From Candidatus Thorarchaeota archaeon (GTDB lineage: Archaea; Asgardarchaeota; Thorarchaeia; Thorarchaeales; Thorarchaeaceae), in assembly GCA_019057475.1 (NCBI GenBank), contig DXJO01000010.1:384001-448000 (forward strand): a stretch of DNA of 64,000 bases, written 5' to 3'. The position numbers were made by a program, and so were the translations under genes. Positions 57,758 through 64,000 of this stretch are shown here, piece after piece (position 1 is the stretch's first letter; each line of letters begins with the position of its first letter). The notes below the pieces were generated by a model. The model saw only the letters and a program-made list of their open reading frames with translations. It searched no databases and was not told the DNA's origin.

Positions 57758-60052
57758 TCATTTCGCGAACTCAAGTCGAACAATCTGCCCTTGCTTGAAT
57801 TGGTATCTAACAGCGACAACCTCCGGCGCAATAATCTCTATCTTGACCTGTTCATCGCTGATGTATGCGCGCTCGGGCGTCCAGTTTCCTCCGAAGACAA
57901 AGAAAATTGCCTCGGGTTCATTCGTTGTCCTTGCTACAATGACTCTTAATGCACGCTCTTCTGGGTTCCATTCTAGCTGGGACAGCTCAACCGCACCTTG
58001 GGTGAAGTGCATGCTTGTGCTAAGCACATCTGGAATGTTTCCAGCGGGTCTGATGCACAGTAGTCGACAGGAGTGCGGCTTCAGCCCCATTAACTCAATG
58101 TTGCCCTCAATAAGACCCTCATAGCGCTCATCCCAGAAATCAAAAACATGATGAAATGCATCTTCATCCAGCCCAATCTCACTCAGTGAGAACGAGGCGC
58201 CAACGGGCTTTTCCGTGAGGTTGATTGCTGCGACTACAGCCCATCTCCCCAGAGGGGTCTCTATTGGAAGAGCGAACACTCGAGGCTCAGCTTCAACGAG
58301 AGAGTCAAGGGCAATTCCTCCGCGTCTATGGGCTGGCAAGATTTTCTCCAAGAGATGAATGCGCTCCTTAGAGACCTCCATGATTCGATCGCTTAGCATA
58401 ATGCTACCCCCACTCAGAGCGACGACAGAGAGCCAGAGCTTGATCTCATCCAAAGTGAGGTTATTGTCATCCTGTCTAACAAGAACGCAATCACCATCAT
58501 TGATCCACCATCGATCGTGAAGAATGGCCCTTGACATCGTGTTGATTGCGCACTGGTACACGCCTCCTCCCCAATCGTACTTCCATACAGTGGCAATGTC
58601 ATTCCCGATTCTCATGGCGTTTACAATACCGATACAAGGTCCGAGTGGTGCTCCGCAACCCAGGATGAAAGCATCGCCTACTGCATGTCTGATTGCTTCC
58701 AATCCTCTCCTCAAGGTTTGTCCACGTGTCATTCTCTTGTTGCGTCGAACTCCCTCTAGGCACGCATGGTACAAGAAATCGATTTTGAAGTATTCAAAAC
58801 CCTCTTCTTTCAGCTTTTCGAACACGCTCTCAATGTGACTGATGACTTCAGGATTTGTCAAGTCTAGGGCATAGAACTTGCCAAGCCACAGTGGGTTTTC
58901 GCCAACAACCGAAAATCTACCATCAATATCCTTGACAAACCAGTCTTGTTCGTTCTTAAACAAATCAGAGTGTTCTGATGCAATGAACGGAGCAACCCAG
59001 ATACCCGCCTTGAAGCCGAGTTTATTGATCTTCTTCACAAGTGTGTTCAGGCCATTCTTGAACCTGTCATTCTCGGTCCAATCGCCTATGGCCTTCTGAT
59101 AGCCATCGTCTATCTGAATCCACTCGATATGCTCTGGAAGCTTCTCTTTGAGAGCATTTGCATTTGATTCAATCTCTTTTTCATCAGGAGTAGTGAAGTA
59201 GAAGTACCAGCTGCACCAACCTTGTGGTACCTTGTCCCAACCGAGAGCTTTCATTCTATTGGATACGATCTCAACATAAAGTGCCAATAACTCAAGCGCG
59301 TGCTCGCCCGCTACTACGAACAGTTCTTCGGATACAATGGTTTCCTTATCCAAGACTGGAATATCATCACATAGACTAGATGCTACCAGTCTTTCAAGCG
59401 TGCTTTCCTCATCCTCACGACCATACGCCGAAATCGTAGAGAGCTGGTCTGCCATTGTAACAAATCCAAGAACCAGAGCCTTCTTGGTTTCAGTGTTATT
59501 CACTACGGTGTAGAAGTGACTAGTATTCTCTCCGCTCTCAATGGGTAACGCTTGACTGAGTTCCCAAGAATGGAATCCGTTCCTGAAGAATCGAAGCCTG
59601 CGACCATTCCATCCAGTCAGTAGTCTTGATGGATCATCCACGTCAAGAATAAATGGGCTAATCGACTTGATTCTGAGTTCCTCGTCTGAGCGGCTCTTGA
59701 ACTGGACACTGCACGTGTAGCACGGAAGGCTCCTTATCACGCTGAGTTTGAGGTTCATTTCACCTCTTTTATCGGGACCTTGCAGCCTGAAGACAACCGC
59801 CTTGCCCTGTCCCATATCGTCCTCGAAATCCAGCGTGCTGAAGGCTTTGTAGGTCATATTGCGAGAATCGAACGTATACTGATCTGTCTGCACTTGCACG
59901 TAGCCGCGCGAGAAGATATCATTTCCAGTAGTCAAGTCAGTGAACGTGAGGATGCCTAACCGGGTGTCAAATGAAATACTAACCAAACCATTGCTCAAGA
60001 TTACTGCTTCGTCGGTGATCCTCAGCGTGCAGTCCTGACTAATGTCTGGCAA
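57758..60052 (-). CDS. Glycoside hydrolase family 36 (alpha-galactosidase-like)
   Basis: GWCSW, IQIDDGYQ, GIWVAPF, YFKIDF, MRIGND. Confidence 0.87.
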   Translation of the reverse strand: MPDISQDCTLRITDEAVILSNGLVSISFDTRLGILTFTDLTTGNDIFSRGYVQVQTDQYTFDSRNMTYKAFSTLDFEDDMGQGKAVVFRLQGPDKRGEMNLKLSVIRSLPCYTCSVQFKSRSDEELRIKSISPFILDVDDPSRLLTGWNGRRLRFFRNGFHSWELSQALPIESGENTSHFYTVVNNTETKKALVLGFVTMADQLSTISAYGREDEESTLERLVASSLCDDIPVLDKETIVSEELFVVAGEHALELLALYVEIVSNRMKALGWDKVPQGWCSWYFYFTTPDEKEIESNANALKEKLPEHIEWIQIDDGYQKAIGDWTENDRFKNGLNTLVKKINKLGFKAGIWVAPFIASEHSDLFKNEQDWFVKDIDGRFSVVGENPLWLGKFYALDLTNPEVISHIESVFEKLKEEGFEYFKIDFLYHACLEGVRRNKRMTRGQTLRRGLEAIRHAVGDAFILGCGAPLGPCIGIVNAMRIGNDIATVWKYDWGGGVYQCAINTMSRAILHDRWWINDGDCVLVRQDDNNLTLDEIKLWLSVVALSGGSIMLSDRIMEVSKERIHLLEKILPAHRRGGIALDSLVEAEPRVFALPIETPLGRWAVVAAINLTEKPVGASFSLSEIGLDEDAFHHVFDFWDERYEGLIEGNIELMGLKPHSCRLLCIRPAGNIPDVLSTSMHFTQGAVELSQLEWNPEERALRVIVARTTNEPEAIFFVFGGNWTPERAYISDEQVKIEIIAPEVVAVRYQFKQGQIVRLEFAK

Positions 60053-60115
60053 GGAGAATGCCTCTCATGTGACTGTGCATTTATTCACAGTTGACCTCTT
60101 ATGCTTTCTCGAAGA

Positions 60116-60652
60116 CTAGAGCCCGGATGCACGGATCTCCGCTTCTTGGGCCTCCGCATACTCAAACAGCCTTTTATGTGCTCGTGCCAGTAGATTCCAT
60201 ACTTCCTTGTCATTGGGTTGAAGTTCGAGGTAACGCTTGAGGAAATCTCTCATGTCTTCGCTCTTGTCAAGCTTGTCATAACATAGAGCACCGTAGTACA
60301 GTGCCCTCTTGTGGTCCTTCGCCGGCCCCATTACATCCTTGAAGACCTCAAGGGCGGCTGTCCATTCTTCGTCCTCGAAGAGCACCAATCCATCCTTGAA
60401 TCTATCTTCAAGCTTTTGGTAATCCGGCAAATTTGACACATAGCTTCCTAGGAATGCGCAAGAAGTGCAGAAAACGATTATAGTCACAAGAATAAATGTA
60501 AAACCGATAATAATCCCCGGGTCTTGATTTATGTAACCGTGGCCTGCGAGAAACGCCAGCCCGAAGCCGCCGACAATGATTACAGAAACTGCCAAACCAA
60601 TCTTCTTGAAACTGAGCTTCTTTGACAAGTCTGATGAATTTTCCGGGACCAC
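60116..60652 (-). CDS. Membrane protein with TPR repeats
   Basis: Two N-terminal TM helices; ALYYGALCY…YLELQPNDKEVW. Confidence 0.8.
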   Translation of the reverse strand: MVPENSSDLSKKLSFKKIGLAVSVIIVGGFGLAFLAGHGYINQDPGIIIGFTFILVTIIVFCTSCAFLGSYVSNLPDYQKLEDRFKDGLVLFEDEEWTAALEVFKDVMGPAKDHKRALYYGALCYDKLDKSEDMRDFLKRYLELQPNDKEVWNLLARAHKRLFEYAEAQEAEIRASGL

Positions 60653-60702
60653 AGTTCGAACCTCAGTTCATCGGAGCAGTCTTGGCTTTTAGGTATGACG
60701 AA

Positions 60703-61368
60703 TCAATCAACGGAATTCGAGTTTTGGATGTTTAGATCGGAGAGCTTTTTCTTCTCCTTCTTGGCTTTGTCATATTCGCGTTGGTCTTGAGCGGAGGCCA
60801 GTCTTGCCCTTGATACGTGTATCCACTCCTTCACTCGTGTTTCAAGTGACGGGTTCAATTCCAATGCCACTTCAGCATATGCTATTGCGTGCTGATCTTC
60901 CTGTTCGATGAAATGAGCGTTCGCTTTGTTGTAGAATGCTTCTGCGTAGTCGGGTTTCAATGCTACTGCTCGCGTGTATGCTTCAATTGCTGGACGCCCG
61001 TTTCCCATCTTAGAATGAGAATTGCCTAAGTTGTTCCAAGCCTCAGCATCCTCTGGATTAATTTCGAGTGCTTTCTCGTAGCACTCCTTAGCTTTCTTGA
61101 AGTCTGCAAGTTCGTAAAGCACTGCCGCCTTATTGAACCAAATCTCGAAGATCATGTTGTCGATAGCGAGTGCTTCGTCATAGGCCTTCAGTGCCTCCTC
61201 TTGACGGTCAATGGCTCCCAGTGCACATCCGTAGTTGTACCACGCATCAATCGAATCAGGGTTTCCCTCCAAGTAGGGTTCCAAGATCTCGATGGCCGCT
61301 TTGTACTGTTCTGCTTGTATGAGGTTCACTGCCGATGTGACTTGTTCGTTGCTATTTCTACTCATCAC
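60703..61368 (-). CDS. Tetratricopeptide repeat protein
   Basis: AWYNYG, KALEINPEDAEAWNNLG, ALKPDYAEAFYNKA. Confidence 0.92.
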   Translation of the reverse strand: MMSRNSNEQVTSAVNLIQAEQYKAAIEILEPYLEGNPDSIDAWYNYGCALGAIDRQEEALKAYDEALAIDNMIFEIWFNKAAVLYELADFKKAKECYEKALEINPEDAEAWNNLGNSHSKMGNGRPAIEAYTRAVALKPDYAEAFYNKANAHFIEQEDQHAIAYAEVALELNPSLETRVKEWIHVSRARLASAQDQREYDKAKKEKKKLSDLNIQNSNSVD

Positions 61369-61398
61369 GGAGCCTTCCGATGCTGTCCACTTTGCGTC

Positions 61399-61827
61399 CT
61401 ATTCGGGTTTGCCTGCCATCTTACGTCCGAGGATTGCGAGAACTGCGCCTAACCACCCAGAGCCTTGTGACACCATTAGGTTAACGTAATCAATGACTCC
61501 AGATGTTCCGACGAGCATGAAATGCTGTGCCAGAACGATGACCAAACCAATGAGGCCCATTCCTGCAGCTATGCCGATAACGAACTTGCCAGTTCCAACA
61601 CGGTCGGTCATCAACATGAATGCCCCGATGATGACTCCGATTCCCCCAAGACCTGCTATGAAACTGAGAATCAACAGCACGTTGTCAAGGACCCCAACCA
61701 TCTCTGGGTACTGGTCAGCCACGAATGCGATAATGGCACCGTACATCCCGATACTGCCTATGGCGCTTGCCAAGAACAATAGAATACCTCCTACAAGGCA
61801 CATGATGAATGCTTTCTTGTTGTGCAT
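61399..61827 (-). CDS. Small Gly-rich multi-pass membrane protein
   Basis: 142 aa, 4 hydrophobic segments, GGTGA SD. Confidence 0.8.
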   Translation of the reverse strand: MHNKKAFIMCLVGGILLFLASAIGSIGMYGAIIAFVADQYPEMVGVLDNVLLILSFIAGLGGIGVIIGAFMLMTDRVGTGKFVIGIAAGMGLIGLVIVLAQHFMLVGTSGVIDYVNLMVSQGSGWLGAVLAILGRKMAGKPE

Positions 61828-61914
61828 GATTTCACCGCTCTAGCGCACGGCAATGATGGCCCGTTTATCTGTATCTATGCGCTCAGAATCGCAGAATGCA
61901 CATGACCTACAGGT

Positions 61915-62769
61915 TCACGGGTTTTCTTGCACAACGAACGGGGTTGCTCTTCGTCTATCAAAAGATGCCGGGGAATCAAATCCGCATTCCTTGATGATCT
62001 TCAATGCTAGCTCGATACCCTGTCCCACATCGCTAGGTCTGTGCGCATCAGAACCAACAGTCACAGTTTCTATTCCCTCTTTCCTCAGAGCTGCGACCAT
62101 AGATGACTCTGGCATTGGCTCATCCATTCCCTTCCTTAGTGATGAGGTGTTAACCTCAAAGCCAACATTGAACCGCTTCATCACACTGGCCAAGTCGGAT
62201 ACGTGAGCCCTCCAGAGAGACCTAATCTCACTGCCATAGAACTCCTCCCCGTAGCGTCGATATAGGTCGAGGTGACCCAAGATATCAAACAGCCCTGATT
62301 CCACACAGTCCATCAGAAGGGAGAAGTAGATGTCGCCCATCTGTTCCAGATTGTGTTTTGAGAAGAATTCATGTGACTCTTCCTTGACGGAGATGGCTAG
62401 GTGATCTACTAAGTGGGCCGAACCCATTACGAGATCGAACTCCGTATCGTGAAATCTTTCAGGTAGATGGTCCATTACTCCCGGATAGTAGTCGACCTCA
62501 ACACCAAGGCGTACTTCAAGTCCTTGGCCTCTGTACTGGTCTCCCGCTATTCGAACTGAGTTCTCGTAATCCTCCAACCAACTACTTGACCAAACATCCA
62601 CCCTCTTTCCGCGGACAATAACGTACGCATCATTCCTGACTGCGTCTGTGTCAAGGTGTGTAGTGAAACAAATCTCTCTGAATTCTCGTTCCAAGGCGAC
62701 CTTACAGAATTCGTCGATGCTTCCCTCTGCATCTGCTGAGTAGTTGGGGTGAACATGATAGTCAATCAT
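61915..62769 (-). CDS. PHP-family histidinol-phosphatase (HisJ/HisK-like)
   Basis: DYHVH, FTTH, LGVEVDY, GSAH, GHLD, EVNTS, GSDAH. Confidence 0.9.
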   Translation of the reverse strand: MIDYHVHPNYSADAEGSIDEFCKVALEREFREICFTTHLDTDAVRNDAYVIVRGKRVDVWSSSWLEDYENSVRIAGDQYRGQGLEVRLGVEVDYYPGVMDHLPERFHDTEFDLVMGSAHLVDHLAISVKEESHEFFSKHNLEQMGDIYFSLLMDCVESGLFDILGHLDLYRRYGEEFYGSEIRSLWRAHVSDLASVMKRFNVGFEVNTSSLRKGMDEPMPESSMVAALRKEGIETVTVGSDAHRPSDVGQGIELALKIIKECGFDSPASFDRRRATPFVVQENP

Positions 62770-62850
62770 CTAGCCAGAAATACAGGAATTGGCATATCAG
62801 CTTGACTGATTGGGCTGTTATATGGTCAAATGCCATGCGACATTGTAGAG

Positions 62851-64000
62851 TTAGGGATTAGTCAACGCCTCTGGAACGATCGTGGTATCAGTTCCCTCCT
62901 TGAGTAAGAAAGCCACTAGTGTCGCAAGGGTCGTGGTAACAACAAGGAACAGAATCGAAGCCGATAGACCGTAGATATCACCTATGGCTCCAAAGATTAT
63001 CGGTGACAGTGCGCCAGGTATTGCCCCCACAGAGAAGAGAAGACCGAAGGCAAGACCTTGCGCATGTTTTGGACTTACCTCTATGAGGTATGCCGTGTTT
63101 GGCGGCACGCCTAGAAAGTAGAAGAAACCTATGCCAATCAGCACGATGATGAGGGCGGTGTTATCAAGAGAGAAGTTCAGCAGAAGTAGGCACGGTGTTG
63201 TGAACAGAGTCGACGCGATGATGAACGGCACTCTGCGTCCAATCCTGTCTGAGAGCGGTGCTGACACCATCTCTCCGACAAGACCTGCAATGAGCATCAC
63301 GGTTGTGAGGAGACCGGCCCATACAGGTTCATAACCGTACATTATGGCAAGATAAAACGGCATCAGAAGGGTTGTGCATCGGAATGCCATTCCTCGAAGG
63401 CCCATGACGACGACGGAGAGCGCGTAGCTTCGGGTCCATCCATCCGCTCCGCCAGTTTCCCCAAGCCCCTCACCGACATCGAACTCGGGTCGCCTCGAAT
63501 ACCTCATTAGTAGCACTGTCGGAACAAACAGGGCTATTCCAAGGGCCCCAATCAACATCAATGGCAGTTGCCAACCACCAAGCATAGCCATCATTACGGC
63601 ACCCGCAATGGGGATTACAGCCATGCCAACAAGACCCCCCATTGCTTGCATCCCTGTGGACTTGGCTCTGGCTCCAGCTGGGAACTTCTCTGAGAGTGCG
63701 GGGAATGCACTGGGGTGATACCCAGAGGCTCCAAGTCCTAGCAAGACCTGTACAAGCACAAGCATCAAGAATGTGGTCACAAATCCAGTAAGCAGGATTG
63801 CAACAGCACTCACTAGCACGCTCGCCGGTATGAAGATATCTCGCCATCCCTTATCCCCATAGTAGCCAATCGCCAGATGTGCAAGTGTCATCGTAATAAC
63901 CGCAGCACTTGCTACCAATCCAATCTCGGTGTACGAAAGAGTGAGGTCAATCTGTATTTGATACAAGAATGGTGAGAGTGCACCTGTGTAGATGTGATTT
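62851..64000 (-). CDS. MFS transporter, partial (start lies beyond the right edge)
   Basis: Frame open to the window edge (…NHIYTGALSPFLYQ…); GYYGDK, YHP, LSDRIGRR. Confidence 0.88.
   Translation of the reverse strand, partial: NHIYTGALSPFLYQIQIDLTLSYTEIGLVASAAVITMTLAHLAIGYYGDKGWRDIFIPASVLVSAVAILLTGFVTTFLMLVLVQVLLGLGASGYHPSAFPALSEKFPAGARAKSTGMQAMGGLVGMAVIPIAGAVMMAMLGGWQLPLMLIGALGIALFVPTVLLMRYSRRPEFDVGEGLGETGGADGWTRSYALSVVVMGLRGMAFRCTTLLMPFYLAIMYGYEPVWAGLLTTVMLIAGLVGEMVSAPLSDRIGRRVPFIIASTLFTTPCLLLLNFSLDNTALIIVLIGIGFFYFLGVPPNTAYLIEVSPKHAQGLAFGLLFSVGAIPGALSPIIFGAIGDIYGLSASILFLVVTTTLATLVAFLLKEGTDTTIVPEALTNP

Noticed and set aside
2859-63847. Numerous 60-210 aa ORFs antisense to or overlapping the long genes
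   Set aside because: Shadow ORFs of well-supported genes, with no motifs of their own.

Overview
Archaeal window, most likely an Asgard archaeon (Thorarchaeota-like). This is inferred from longin-like, LRR+PCI, GOLD/p24-like and TPR proteins, giant C-terminally anchored surface proteins, and archaeal-type thiolase/DUF35 and LeuCDB genes. No rRNA, tRNA or CRISPR array was seen. The left ~21.4 kb is accessory. It holds two plus-strand operons, each preceded by a copy of the same ~167-bp multipartite cis element (937-1103 and 13396-13562). Operon 1 is a degenerate membrane peptidase-like gene, a strongly structured intergenic RNA, and a 2608-aa prenyltransferase-repeat/Ig-like surface protein. 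Operon 2 is a membrane-anchored HerA/VirB4-VirD4-type ATPase followed by a 1457-aa protein with an acidic N-terminus, four HTH modules and a two-motif LAGLIDADG domain. That gene runs directly into a 5'-truncated methylmalonyl-CoA mutase gene, and this ATPase + LAGLIDADG + broken mutase arrangement is the best candidate for an undescribed mobile/homing system. The rest is mostly metabolic: mutase fragment, epimerase, BirA and a transcarboxylase-like 12S/5S/1.3S operon; threonine aldolase; RNase HIII; two circularly permuted family-5 solute-binding proteins; a Cys-less thiolase separated from its DUF35 partner by a 3638-aa repeat surface protein; acyl-CoA dehydrogenase; a frameshifted longin-like gene; leuB/C/D-like genes; FAH, GH36, TPR, HisJ-family and MFS genes. 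All family calls come from motif recognition by eye, not from database searches.
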